In this document: positions 35,470-47,612 of the stretch, in pieces | Position numbering within the stretch: position 1 is the first letter of the stretch | Layout of the letters: every line of letters starts with the position of its first letter | Source: Thraustochytrium aureum | Lineage: Eukaryota | Assembly: GCA_012862495.1 (NCBI GenBank) | Contig: BLSG01000088.1 | Coordinates: 116,437-180,436 of the forward strand | Direction of reading: 5' to 3' | Length of the DNA stretch: 64,000 nucleotides | Notes under the pieces: model-generated | What the model was told of the DNA's origin: nothing | Databases searched by the model: none | The model's input: only the letters and a program-made list of their open reading frames with translations | Position numbers and translations under genes: made by a program

Positions 35470-37014
35470 ATGCGCAAGGAGTGGAGGCACGTCGGCGCCG
35501 TGCTGGCCGCCGGCCAAGCCTGCCTGACTGGCCACTGTGACGCGGGGCTTGTCAAGATCGGCCAGGACGGCTCGCGTGTCACCGTGCACGAGAAATCCGT
35601 GGCTATCTTGAGACACTTTGGAAGCCAGTTCAGCGAGATGCTCGGCGTCTCCGTTGTTCCAGTGTCCGCCTCGCTTTACAAGGATATCTGCGACGCGTTC
35701 GTCAAGTCGTTTGCGAGAATCGGCGACGAGGACGTTCAGGCTCTACAAGCTGACCTGGCTGGCAAGATGTTGATCATACCTTATGAGTTTGGCGAGGACT
35801 GCAACGGTTTGTTCGGGGCCTGGAGGGACTTTGGTGCGTTCGATCCCTTTTGCTCGCTGACCAACAAAATCTACTGGGAATACCCGTCGAACTACTATCC
35901 TGGGCTCTTGGGCCTTGTCCACGACGGCAACGAATTCGAGGGCATCAAGGCCCGAGCGCCGTGGACTCGGAACTGTAGCTGGGTCGGGGGTGCCCGCGGC
36001 GCTGACGAGACTTGGCAAGTAGAGCGACGTTTTCAACGCGGCGACGTCGTGGACGTCGTTCTGGACGAAAAGATGATGCTCAAGATGCTTGCAAGCGCGC
36101 CAGTGCACCTGCTTTTCCGCGGTGTGTTTGGGCTCTTCTACCTCTGGATCGCGAGCCTCGCTTGGCTTTACCTCTACCAGCGCGCAAAGCTGAAGAAACT
36201 CAACGCCTTTCACTCTGCCAGCCTCGCGATAAACGGCCTCTCGATGATGCTTCTGGGCGCAACACACATCCTCGGCGACCACTACCTTAGCGACAACCTG
36301 CCGCTGGGCTGGCACCTGGCAACGCACACAGAGATGATTGGGACGGGGGTCTCCACGGATATGTTGCTAGCTGTGTTGTACGATGAAGTTGCGCGCCGGC
36401 TCGCCAACCCGTCACAGCGCCAAGCGCGAGCCCTTCGCCAAAAGCGCAGCCGACGCGTCTTCGTCTTGGCCATGTTTATTCTTGGCGTGGACGTGGCCAG
36501 TTGCGTGCTGATGGCATACGCGCGGAACGAAACGGAGGCTGTCCTGACGATTGTCCTCCCCTCGTTTTTTTTTGTGCTCCAGGTCATCATAATTGTCTAC
36601 CTCGTTTTCAAGGTACGTGCAGTGGTCCAGCTGTTGACTTTAGCACGAATCAACGTGGTCGGTGAAGCCTCGGACAAGATGGCCGCTCTGGCGGCGCAAT
36701 TCAGCTTTTGGATTAAGGTGAACATATTCGCGGCGAGCACGAACCTGCTCTCGCTTGCTACGATTGGACTGTTCCAGTCGGATCGCAGGACGCCGACAAG
36801 CTTTGTTCTGGTTTTCACCGGCATTTTTCTGAGCCGGGGCTTTCAGACGCTCGCCAACGTAAAGAGCTGCCGCCCGCTCTTCACCAAGCGACAAGGCCAA
36901 CGAGCAGGCCTATTCTTTCTGGCTTGCAGGTTCGCAACAGGACCGCGAAGCGTTGTCCCACTCACGAAGACCTCGCAGGAGCCGGTGGTCGAGCTCAAGC
37001 ACAGCTCGAGCTAG
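35470..37014 (+). CDS. orphan receptor-like membrane protein, paralog 1 (signal peptide, Cys-containing ectodomain, ~7 TM)
   Basis: 514-aa intact ORF with a signal-like N-terminus, a ~190-aa soluble domain and seven hydrophobic segments. Clear similarity to the neighbouring ORF. Confidence 0.8.
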   Translation: MRKEWRHVGAVLAAGQACLTGHCDAGLVKIGQDGSRVTVHEKSVAILRHFGSQFSEMLGVSVVPVSASLYKDICDAFVKSFARIGDEDVQALQADLAGKMLIIPYEFGEDCNGLFGAWRDFGAFDPFCSLTNKIYWEYPSNYYPGLLGLVHDGNEFEGIKARAPWTRNCSWVGGARGADETWQVERRFQRGDVVDVVLDEKMMLKMLASAPVHLLFRGVFGLFYLWIASLAWLYLYQRAKLKKLNAFHSASLAINGLSMMLLGATHILGDHYLSDNLPLGWHLATHTEMIGTGVSTDMLLAVLYDEVARRLANPSQRQARALRQKRSRRVFVLAMFILGVDVASCVLMAYARNETEAVLTIVLPSFFFVLQVIIIVYLVFKVRAVVQLLTLARINVVGEASDKMAALAAQFSFWIKVNIFAASTNLLSLATIGLFQSDRRTPTSFVLVFTGIFLSRGFQTLANVKSCRPLFTKRQGQRAGLFFLACRFATGPRSVVPLTKTSQEPVVELKHSSS

Positions 37015-38101
37015 TTGAGACAAAAAGAAACAACCACAGCCNNNNNNNNNNNNNNNNNNNNNNNNNNNNNNNNNNNNNNNNNNNNNNNNNNNNNNNNNNN
37101 NNNNNNNNNNNNNNNNNNNNNNNNNNNNNNNNNNNNNNNNNNNNNNNNNNNNNNNNNNNNNNNNNNNNNNNNNNNNNNNNNNNNNNNNNNNNNNNNNNNN
37201 NNNNNNNNNNNNNNNNNNNNNNNNNNNNNNNNNNNNNNNNNNNNNNNNNNNNNNNNNNNNNNNNNNNNNNNNNNNNNNNNNNNNNNNNNNNNNNNNNNNN
37301 NNNNNNNNNNNNNNNNNNNNNNNNNNNNNNNNNNNNNNNNNNNNNNNNNNNNNNNNNNNNNNNNNNNNNNNNNNNNNNNNNNNNNNNNNNNNNNNNNNNN
37401 NNNNNNNNNNNNNNNNNNNNNNNNNNNNNNNNNNNNNNNNNNNNNNNNNNNNNNNNNNNNNNNNNNNNNNNNNNNNNNNNNNNNNNNNNNNNNNNNNNNN
37501 NNNNNNNNNNNNNNNNNNNNNNNNNNNNNNNNNNNNNNNNNNNNNNNNNNNNNNNNNNNNNNNNNNNNNTAGAGTACTGTAGTTTGTTTGAAGCGGGCGG
37601 TTTCCTCGGCATGGCTCGTGACGTGAGTGGAGACCGGATGTTCGTCATGCGTCTCGTGCTCTACGGAGAGCGGCCAACGGACAAAAAACAGCAAGGCCAA
37701 GTCGACTCGTGTGCCAGTAAAACAGTGCCTCGCACAAGGCAGACGCTATCGCTTCGCTTTGTGACGGACATGCCGTGCCACCATCGTAAGGCCCCTTCAG
37801 AGTTTTGGAGATGTGAGACCGGTTCCACGGGGCTAGCTAGACTTAGACTTCAAGGCTTCTTTCGCGCCCAGGGTTGACACCAGACGGACCGTCGATGAGG
37901 AAAGAGGGGACTAGCGGGTGCCTCGAAAAAATGAATCTCTGCAAGTCCGTTTGGACTGCATCACCTGCAGTCGCAGATGTTATACTGTAGAGTACTGAGT
38001 ATAGTGTACACAAATCAACGGCTAGTGCAAGCATGCACGGCTGGGCGCAGGCCTAGGTACCTACCTACCTACCTACCTACCAGATCCCCTTGCCGCGCAA
38101 C

Positions 38102-39680
38102 ATGGGGAACGCCTGCGTTGGCGCAGCTCTGCTGGCTGCAGCTGCAGGCATCTCTTGCGTACCGAGCGCGCAAGGTGGCCTTGTGAAGGGCTAACGACGT
38201 TGGGGAGCACGTCGCTATTCACGAGCTTACTGTGTTTCCCTACGCAAGGTTTGGGCGAACGCGAAGCGCGCTGGACTATGTCCAAGCCATGCCGGTGACT
38301 GCGGAGCGGTACGACACGATTTGCGCGGCATTCAAGTCCCATGGGCGCGGGACGCCCGAGCCTTTGGAAACGTTGAAGCAACAGTTTGCCGGGAAGCTGC
38401 TCATTCTTCCGCTTGAGCTCGGCGAAGACTGCTACGGGCAGTTCGGCGCGTGGACAGACTTTGGGTCGTTTGCCCCCTTCTGCTCGCTCAGCCTCTTCAT
38501 CTACATCGAGTATCCAGCCACAGTCGTGCCTGGCCTCGCTGGCCTTGTGGACGATGGGGAGGGCTTTGCGAGTATCCTCAGAGAGTCACCGTGGACGAGC
38601 AACTGCAGCTGGTTTGCAGGACAGCTTTCATCTACCCAAATCGGGCCAGTCCAAGACCGATTCAACGATGGGGACATCGTCAGCCTCCGCGTCGACCCAA
38701 ACCACGCCCACGACGTGCTGGCATCCCTCCCAATTCAGCTCGGATTTCGCGGAGCGTTCGGCGTGTCGTACATTTACGTTGGCCTCCTTGCCTTTGCGCA
38801 CCTCTGGCGCCGAACCCACGACGGCAAGCTCAACATATTCCACGCCCTATGTCTGGTGATCAACGGCATTAGCATGGTCAGCTTGGGCACGCTGAGCCTC
38901 TTGGGGGACCATTTCGTTGCTGGGGCTCTTTCGATGCGAATCCAGATGATGACGTTCACGGACCTGTTTGGGACCGGCGTGTGCACGGATTGGCTCCTCG
39001 TTGTGCTCTACAACGAGCTTGAAAAGAGCATGTCTGGGTTGCAAAGCCGAGGGGTGCGCCAACTCTTGTCAAAGTACAAGGTCGAGTTCGGCGTCGGGAT
39101 TTCGCTGCTTGCCCTGGACATCACTGGGGTAGCGATGCTGGCCAACATCACGACCGCGAACGTTATCCTGGCGAACACAGTCATCCCGAGTTTCTTCCTC
39201 TTGATGCAGGTCTTGGTGAACGTCCTGCTCGTCAAGCGCGTAATTGCCATTGTCGGTCTCCTTCGGCAGTTTAACGTGCTCAACAGCAGCGGGCCAACTC
39301 CGCTCATTAAACTCGCGGAGCGCTTCAGCTTTTGGATCAAGATCAACGTCGTGGCAGCGACGCTGTCATCACTCTGCTTAATTTCCATAGGGCTCTTTGG
39401 GGCCACATCCAGGTCTGTCGAGCTGTACATTGGCGTTTTCTCCCTCGCCTTCGCGTGCAAGCTGATGCAAGCGCTCGCGAACGTGCAGAGCTGTGCGCCG
39501 ATATACACTTCCGCGGAGAGGGGTCCCTCTTTGCGCCTTAATCTTTGGTCCAAAGTCGTTCCATCCGATTCCACCCGACGTCCTCCAACACGGACGGCTG
39601 AGGAGTGCCAGATCGACCAAGGTCTGGCCAAGCAGGCGCGCGGAAGTACTCTTGCTCTTGCGACCAGTTTGGAGGCTTGA
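38102..39680 (+). CDS. orphan receptor-like membrane protein, paralog 2 (one extra G at 38188-38190)
   Basis: Shares AGK.LI.P.E.GEDC.G.FGAW.DFG.F.PFCSL, IY.EYP, PGL.GLV.DG, PWT.NCSW, INGxSM, FSFWIK.N and Q.LANV.SC.P with paralog 1. Removing one G links ATG 38102 (MGNACVGAALLAAAAG...) to the main frame. Confidence 0.8.
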
Positions 39681-41403
39681 GATTCCGAATGCAGAACCGA
39701 TTCAGAACGACAGAATAGAAAGATTCTCCGCTCTGCTTTGTTAGAGGGGCCTCGAGCGCAGGATCCCATCCCCGGGCCTGCGATCCCTTGCCTCACCCGT
39801 GCGGGGCAGGTTGGCCGCGGCGCGGCGACTCGCGACGCTGAAAAAAATCAGCAAAAAAAAACATGCAGCTAGCGTGTCGCTCTCCGGCAAGACCTTACTA
39901 CCCTTCGTGATTGATGGGGCCAGCCACTGGCGGCCGGGGCACGCAGGCTTCAGCTGGTTATCTCCGGCTGTCCCACCAAGAGGTTGCTTGGTGCAGCTAT
40001 TTCGATCCCANNNNNNNNNNNNNNNNNNNNNNNNNNNNNNNNNNNNNNNNNNNNNNNNNNNNNNNNNNNNNNNNNNNNNNNNNNNNNNNNNNNNNNNNNN
40101 NNNNNNNNNNNNNNNNNNNNNNNNNNNNNNNNNNNNNNNNNNNNNNNNNNNNNNNNNNNNNNNNNNNNNNNNNNNNNNNNNNNNNNNNNNNNNNNNNNNN
40201 NNNNNNNNNNNNNNNNNNNNNNNNNNNNNNNNNNNNNNNNNNNNNNNNNNNNNNNGTGTCATTGCCACCAAACGGGGACTGAGAACGCCCTAATGGCCGC
40301 CGTCTTCAGACTCTGGTTTTTGAACAGTCCGGTTCGTATGGGACTGGTCTGGGAGCTCTTCAGCACGCGGCCTCCGTCGCGGGCAGAGATGTCCCGACTC
40401 TGACTGAGGCAGCCGAATCCCTCTCAAGAGCGGCGCCGTGCGCTGGCGGCGCGCGCGCCTGGCGAGCTCGCGAAGTCAGCGCGCTTGCGAGCCTGTTCGT
40501 GCGGCCGGCTGGGACGATGACGGGCGCAGCGGTTCGGACGTTGCTGGAGAAGTTGCCTTGTGCGGAAACACCTTGTTGCTTGGGGCGAAGGGCTCTTCAC
40601 TGCAGACCATGAAAGCCAACCTGCTCGCTCCCGGCGAGCGCCGCCCCACCAGCATGCCACAGCCTGCCGTCCCGCGTCCTCCTATGGCGCTCCTCGGCAG
40701 CTCGTGGAGTTGATTTTTCTCAGTCGACGGCCGACAAGAAAGATACCTTGACCGTGGCTAAGTGCGAGAATCTGGTCGACAAGCTGCGCGCCCTTGGCGC
40801 ACAGATCGCTCGCGTTCGCGACGATCCTGGTACCTGCGGCGTTTCGAGCTGTCAAGCAAAGCAGACGCTTCCGTGCGCTCTGCGCAGAGCCCAGGCGGTG
40901 GACTCTAGAGGAGGCAAGCCCGACAACTTGGAGGAGAAAGGCAGCAGGTCCGAGGGATAGCCAGCCGGGCATCTCTTTGGAAAGAAAGAAACGAAAACGC
41001 TACGACCGCGGTTCAATTTCACCACGGTTCAATGGCCCCCGCGGCCCTGAATTCGGCTTCAAAAGCCTGGACGACGGTCGGTCCGTAAACGCACACATGG
41101 GCCCGACGGCGGAAGCAAAGTCGTCTGCCGAGGTCGGCATCGCACCTGGCCCAGAGACCGCCAATACTTGCCCGCGCGCAGCGCCTGCGGTTTGCGAGAG
41201 CGTCTGACGGGCGAGGCATCGCCCGTATTCAGTTTCGTGGCCGCGATATTTCGCTCTTGGTTAAGTTGAGCCCGCCAGCGGCGAGGGTTGAGCCAGCGCT
41301 CCCAAGGTCAACGGTGTCAGACTTCACGACGTGCGCTGGCTGTGCTGCTCGCGCGACGCCCGAGTCCTCCGGAGCTCGAAAGCGGAGCGCTGGGAACTTG
41401 CAC

Positions 41404-43118
41404 CTACTGGGCCTTGGCCTCACGCGAAGGAACAGGCGGGACTTTGAGCGGGGAAGGCAGCGACGGGAGCTTCAACAGCGCCGCGTCCACCTTGGCAGAC
41501 ATCGCGCAGCGCTCCGGCGCGACCGCCTTGACGATCCAGCCTGGAATAGACCCGTTGGGGTCCATCATCTGCACATTGGACATGATGCACGTTCCAGGCT
41601 TTGCCGGGTTCGGCTCGAGCTTGATCCCGGCAGCAAAGACCTTGGCCCGAATGTACTTTGAGGTCGGTTTGCTGTAGTCGTCAGGCGGAGAGACGAGCAA
41701 GACTTTGACGGTGCCATCTGCCTGAATAATGCGACAGGACACGAGGACGCAGTCACGTGCGCCGATCGCCATGGGAAACGGGCTCTTGAACTCGACGTGC
41801 TTGACATCGGACACGTCAACCGGCTTGCCGCCAAGGCCCTCGGCGACCTGGACGAGGTCGAGCTCGCGCACGAGGGTGTCGCGCTTGAACAGATCATCGT
41901 ACAGGCGACGCTTCGTCGGGTCGGCCATGAAGGCGGCGACGACTAACGGAGGCGCGTTGATCACGCCAACACCCTTGGTGTGCGTGAGGTCCCCATCTGA
42001 CTTGAGGTAGCACTGCACGCCTTGGTACTTTTTCAAAAAGGTCCACCCGTCACCCTCTCCAACGCTTAGCGCCTTGTCAAAAACGTCCTCGGCGCGCTTG
42101 AGAATCTCAACCAGCTGCTTGGTCTCCTCCGGAGTGGCCTTGAGACTCGGCGCGGCTGGCTGCTGCTTGGGCGCGGCCTCCGCCTTGCCGGCCTTGCCGC
42201 GGCGACGGCCGCGCCCTTGGCCGACGCCGAGAAACTTTTTCGTCTCTGCAATCTTGAACACTTGGCTCCGGAGAGTGGCGGGATCGAGCAGCTGCTGCAC
42301 AAACTCGTTCAGCTCCGCCGTGCGCTCCTCCAGGAAGTCGTCGTCGAGGCTTGCGAACCAGGTCTTGGACGGGAGCTGCGGCAGGACGCCGTGGCCAAAC
42401 ACGCGCCGAAGCTCGTGGCGCAGACTGTCGAACTGCGAAAAGCGGCGCCACACGTACCAGGTGAGGCCCTCGTGCTGGACCTGCAGCTTGTACTGCGCGT
42501 AAAGATCGTCGACGACGCGGAAGCCGACCACCTTGGCCGAGAGGGTCTTGCCCTCGCGGTCTGTGGGCTGGCGCGCCTCGACGCTCGCCTCTTTGCGAGC
42601 AGACTTGAACCGTTCGTACCCGACCGCAGACTCGAAGAAAACCGCAAAATTGGCAAAAGCGAGGGCGAAGGCTGTGGCGGCTGTGGCGGGGTGGGTCGGG
42701 CCGAACAGCGCGAGAGCGCCAGCCGCGGCGATGAACAGGGCGCTGAGCAGGGCCCAGCGCGCCTTGGGGCCGTCGCCGAGCGGCGTCAGCACCGGCCCTG
42801 CCGTCACACGAGCAAAGATGAGCGCCGCGCCGGCGACCACTGCGAACAGAACGCGCAGCGCGTCCTGCGAGGCCCCGCGCGGCTCGCTCTTCGCCAGGAC
42901 GCCAAACCCTGTGGCCGTGCAGCCCAAAAGCGCGACGGCCACGGCGGCCCAGCGGGCGCGGGGGTTCAGGGCCATGTGCGCGCCCTTCTCCGTTCGGGCC
43001 AGGATTCGCGCCAAAGCGAAGGCGACGCCGGCGGCGCCCAGAGCTGGCCACGCCGCCTCGAGGCGAACCAAGCCGAGGCGCAGGCCAGCGAACACGAGCG
43101 TGAATACCATCATGGCAA
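41404..43118 (-). CDS. multi-TM + PX domain + START domain protein (5' end in gap 43119-43656)
   Basis: About 6 hydrophobic segments. PX: YKLQV...WYVWRRFSQFDSLRHEL...LPQLPSK...FLEERTAELNEFVQQL. START: GWTFL...YDDLF...PFPMAIGARDCV...YIRAKV...DPNGSIPGWIV. Confidence 0.85.
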
Positions 43119-44909
43119 NNNNNNNNNNNNNNNNNNNNNNNNNNNNNNNNNNNNNNNNNNNNNNNNNNNNNNNNNNNNNNNNNNNNNNNNNNNNNNNNNN
43201 NNNNNNNNNNNNNNNNNNNNNNNNNNNNNNNNNNNNNNNNNNNNNNNNNNNNNNNNNNNNNNNNNNNNNNNNNNNNNNNNNNNNNNNNNNNNNNNNNNNN
43301 NNNNNNNNNNNNNNNNNNNNNNNNNNNNNNNNNNNNNNNNNNNNNNNNNNNNNNNNNNNNNNNNNNNNNNNNNNNNNNNNNNNNNNNNNNNNNNNNNNNN
43401 NNNNNNNNNNNNNNNNNNNNNNNNNNNNNNNNNNNNNNNNNNNNNNNNNNNNNNNNNNNNNNNNNNNNNNNNNNNNNNNNNNNNNNNNNNNNNNNNNNNN
43501 NNNNNNNNNNNNNNNNNNNNNNNNNNNNNNNNNNNNNNNNNNNNNNNNNNNNNNNNNNNNNNNNNNNNNNNNNNNNNNNNNNNNNNNNNNNNNNNNNNNN
43601 NNNNNNNNNNNNNNNNNNNNNNNNNNNNNNNNNNNNNNNNNNNNNNNNNNNNNNNNGTGCGCGCTCAAGGCGATAGGGCTCTGCTGCGTGCTCGTCGTCC
43701 TACTCTGCCTACGCTCTCGAGCGCCATCCTCGCTGTTGAGTCAGGGCTCTCACACGAGACACGGTGGATTCTTTGGTGCCGCAGAAGGCGATGCGATGGG
43801 TTGCGTGCGGCTGGCTGGAGGACGTGCTGCTGCGCGAGTGATCATGGTCATGAGAGTGAGCTGGCCGGCGCATGAGGAGCATGCATGCAGGTCGTGCGTG
43901 CGTGGGCGGCCGCTGGGTGGATGGGCGCAGCTGCGCCACGTTGTTGTTGGTGTGAAGGATGTTAGGACGGACGAGCAATGGTACTCGAGGAGTCCGTGCT
44001 TGGCTATGCTCGCGGTCGTCGACCAGGGTTTGCTCCGCGGAGGACTTGACTCCAGCCCTGACCTCGCGAGTAATGTTGCTTTACCGGTGCTCTGCTCGAG
44101 TATGTACAGGGTGCCTGCTCTAGAGGTACCTTACCTCTCTTCTTGTTCGGGCAGAAACAGCGCATGTCTTGTGCCTGGATTCGGAGAGCATGGGTTGGCG
44201 CAGGTCCGAGAGCGCGGCCTGGCCGGTGGAGCGTGACGAGGACAGTTTTCGCACAGCCACCAGTGACTTTTGAATCACGAAGACCCTGCCCCAACTCCGC
44301 GACTTGTCGAGGCGCGCGACCTAGCATGCCACATGGCCACATTCCACGGCACAAGTTGGGGCTTCGGTATCAAGTGTTCCATCGACTCGCCGCGCTGCAA
44401 ACAACGCACCTTTGGAATTCCCTTCCCGACGCGCTTATAGCTCGAAGGAGCGCCATAGCCTCGCTCTAGAGTATCTAGGCGTCTCAGCGACTGCAGCTGC
44501 ACGATCCCGTGCGTGAGAACTACGCCGGCTTGCAGTGCGGCCTCGGTTCCTGATTTCGGGAAAGCCGCCAATGTCAACACAGATGTGCGTGGGAAGGGTT
44601 TGCGGACTTCCGGGTCGTTGTTCGCGGCCTAGCCCAGAAGCACGAGCCTCCCTCGGCAGCCAGGCCGCGCAGGATTTTGAGCAGGCCTTTGTTTCACTCC
44701 AAGCGCGCCTATGCTTTCGGGGAGGCAATCTCGTGCCGTTCTTGCCCGTCCCCGCGTACCGGTAGCGGCCTATCCCTCTAGAGCCCTCTAACGGGTTCGT
44801 CAAGAGCGCCGCTTGAGCCTCGTTCGCTTCTCGCGCTCGCAAAAGTCTAGATGCTGGATCTTCCAGCGCCAGTTCGTGCGCCAAACTGGGCTCCGCAACG
44901 CGCTCACTC

Positions 44910-45095
44910 CAGATTGAGAACGAGCAAGCAGGCACCGTGCCAAGTCCACGACTCCTCGTCCACTGACCGTAGAGCCTCCACGATTGAGGCAGAGCATGTG
45001 CCGTGCCGAGCCCAACAGATCCGCTCACCTCATCATCGCCAAGATTGCCTCCGAACGAGCAGGTGCCGTGCCGAGTCCAACGAATCCGCTCATCC
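44910..45095 (+). repeat. degenerate ~65-bp minisatellite, about 3 copies
   Basis: gtgccgtgccgagcccaacagatccgctca (44998) versus gtgccgtgccgagtccaacgaatccgctca (45063); a weaker copy gcaccgtgccaagtccacga near 44932. Confidence 0.65.
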
Positions 45096-45875
45096 AGCTA
45101 ACTCCAGGATCACTGGGATTGAACCCGAACGACGAGTAGGTATTCTCCCTGTGCGCGTTCGACTCGACAACTCCGCCAGGGTGTCCTCGCGCACCCCAGC
45201 GCCCACAGCAACAACAGAGNNNNNNNNNNNNNNNNNNNNNNNNNNNNNNNNNNNNNNNNNNNNNNNNNNNNNNNNNNNNNNNNNNNNNNNNNNNNNNNNN
45301 NNNNNNNNNNNNNNNNNNNNNNNNNNNNNNNNNNNNNNNNNNNNNNNNNNNNNNNNNNNNNNNNNNNNNNNNNNNNNNNNNNNNNNNNNNNNNNNNNNNN
45401 NNNNNNNNNNNNNNNNNNNNNNNNNNNNNNNNNNNNNNNNNNNNNNNNNNNNNNNNNNNNNNNNNNNNNNNNNNNNNNNNNNNNNNNNNNNNNNNNNNNN
45501 NNNNNNNNNNNNNNNNNNNNNNNNNNNNNNNNNNNNNNNNNNNNNNNNNNNNNNNNNNNNNNNNNNNNNNNNNNNNNNNNNNNNNNNNNNNNNNNNNNNN
45601 NNNNNNNNNNNNNNNNNNNNNNNNNNNNNNNNNNNNNNNNNNNNNNNNNNNNNNNNNNNNNNNNNNNNNNNNNNNNNNNNNNNNNNNNNNNNNNNNNNNN
45701 NNNNNNNNNNNNNNNNNNNNNNNNNNNNNNNNNNNNNNNNNNNNNNNNNNNNNNNNNNNNNNNNNNNNNNNNNNNNNNNNNNNNNNNNNNNNNNNNNNNN
45801 NNNNNNNNNNNNNNNNNNNNNNNNNNNNNNNNNNNNNNNNNNNNNNNNNNNNNNNNNNNNNNNNNNNNNNNNNNN

Positions 45876-47612
45876 GGCTGGACTCGGCGGCCTCCTGGCT
45901 GTGCTGCTCGTGCGGGCGTTGCTTGGTGGCACTGCAAGTCCTGGCGGGGAGGCCGTGGTGCAGAGGGAGCCGGGGGCCAAAAACGCTGGCGCAACCGACC
46001 TTGTCCAAGTCCCAGTGCCCCAGCAGGTGCGCCAGGCGTTTGGCACAGAGCGCAGCGACGTGCGCGAAGGGACTGGCCGGGAGTATATTGATGTCAACAC
46101 GTACAACGACAAGGTCGCCAAGCGACGAGCGAGCATGTCTGCTTTGGAGGCCTTCAAGGCGTCAGAGTGCGCGGGATTCGAGGCCCACAGGAAAAATCCC
46201 AAAGCAGCGAGCAGTTGGAGCCGCCTCGACACTACGATACAGATCGCCCAGTGCCCAAATGGACGCCTGATGATGCTCGGCAAGTGCACATTCGTGAACG
46301 TGACACGCAGCCTGTGCTCCGGGCCGCACCCAACCCGCAAGGGCGTCCAAGTCTCAATTGAACGCCTTGGGCCACTTACCACATACGGGGGCTACGATTG
46401 GTCAGTAACCCTAGCACAAAGGTACATGAACGTGGGTAACCTGACCGAGTATGCTCGCGGGCGCAACGTAAGCTTTGTTGGGGGCATGGCAACACCGGTG
46501 TGGGCGAACGGCACGATCGTTGGCCACCCTCCGCTGCACATTCACCATGCGCACGTCTACGCGTATGGCTCACGAGACGAGCGTCGAGCCAAGATTCGCG
46601 GATCAAAATGGGACGACCATGATCTCATGTTCCAATCTCACGGCGATACCGAGTGCAATGCTGTAGATGGCGGCACTGATTGCTTGCTGTCGGAGCTGGA
46701 AGAGGGTCGCGGGTTTCGCCTGCAAGAGTCCCAGTCAGGGGTTTCGGCGGACTTTGAGGTGAACGACGTGCGGCCGCACTCGAAAGAGGCAATAGAGTGG
46801 TATTTTGAGCTGGTCCTGATGCACAAGGTGGAGGCCCGGCCCGCGCAGCTCACCACGTACATAGGAATCAACAACCCGTGCTGGGGCACCGGGCCGTGCA
46901 CCTACCAGCTACCCAGGGATCCCTCCTCGACGGTCAACTGGTTCAACTACACGCATGACTTCCTGCCGCCAGGGAGGTTTACCAACTGGGTGCTCCACAC
47001 CCACCACACGATCGCCGACTCGATCTTCCTCTTCAAGGGGCCCGCAGTCCTCGAAGCGCTCGAGACGATGCGCGACGGAAAGCACCTCCCACTGGTCTTG
47101 GACTGCCACCGCGGCGGGGTTGCGCTGGAGGACTTTAAGACGCAGCTCCTCGCTGCTGCGTTGCGCAGCCCACATTCTCAGCTGGTTTGCGAGGCCACCA
47201 AGCCGTCCCTGCGCTTTGACTGCACAGGCCCAGGCCGGGGGACTCGTGCCGCATGTACGACAAGCGCGCCAAGCTAAACTGCCTCGAGTCAGTGCGAATC
47301 GAGCCTGGAGAAGCGCTAACCGTCCTGGCCTTCAACACGGCCCGTCCGGATGGCCTACGGCGAACCTCTCCAAGCTTTGTCAACTCCAACACGTACTCTG
47401 GATTCTTTGCACTGTACCAGCACTCGATCTTCCGCGCAGAGTTCCTTGCGGACCCTGGCTTCGACAACGTCCCGCCGGCATCGTTCCACTACGCCGTGCC
47501 GCCTGCTGAAGGGAGTTATGTGTACCCAGACCAAGCCATCCTCGAAACCTGCGGCAACCGGCCCATTTCCTTTCAGCTCAAACCGAATCGCACCGCGTTC
47601 AACTGGCCATAG
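45876..47612 (+). CDS. membrane-anchored/secreted His-rich protein, copper type II monooxygenase (PHM/DBM)-like fold candidate; 5' end in gap, frameshift ~47240
   Basis: N-terminal hydrophobic anchor; motifs PPLHIHHAHV, QSHGD.EC, WVLHTHH, IEPGEALTVLAFN, YQHSIF; multiple Cys and N-glycosylation sequons. Confidence 0.65.

Noticed and set aside
40256..41220. Short ORFs possibly from a decayed gene or element (similar cases at 43657-44800 and 47700-48500)
   Set aside because: No recognisable domain, transposase/RT motif or terminal repeats; cannot be supported.
44910..45095. CRISPR array
   Set aside because: Only 2-3 degenerate copies, related spacers, no cas genes, and a eukaryotic context.
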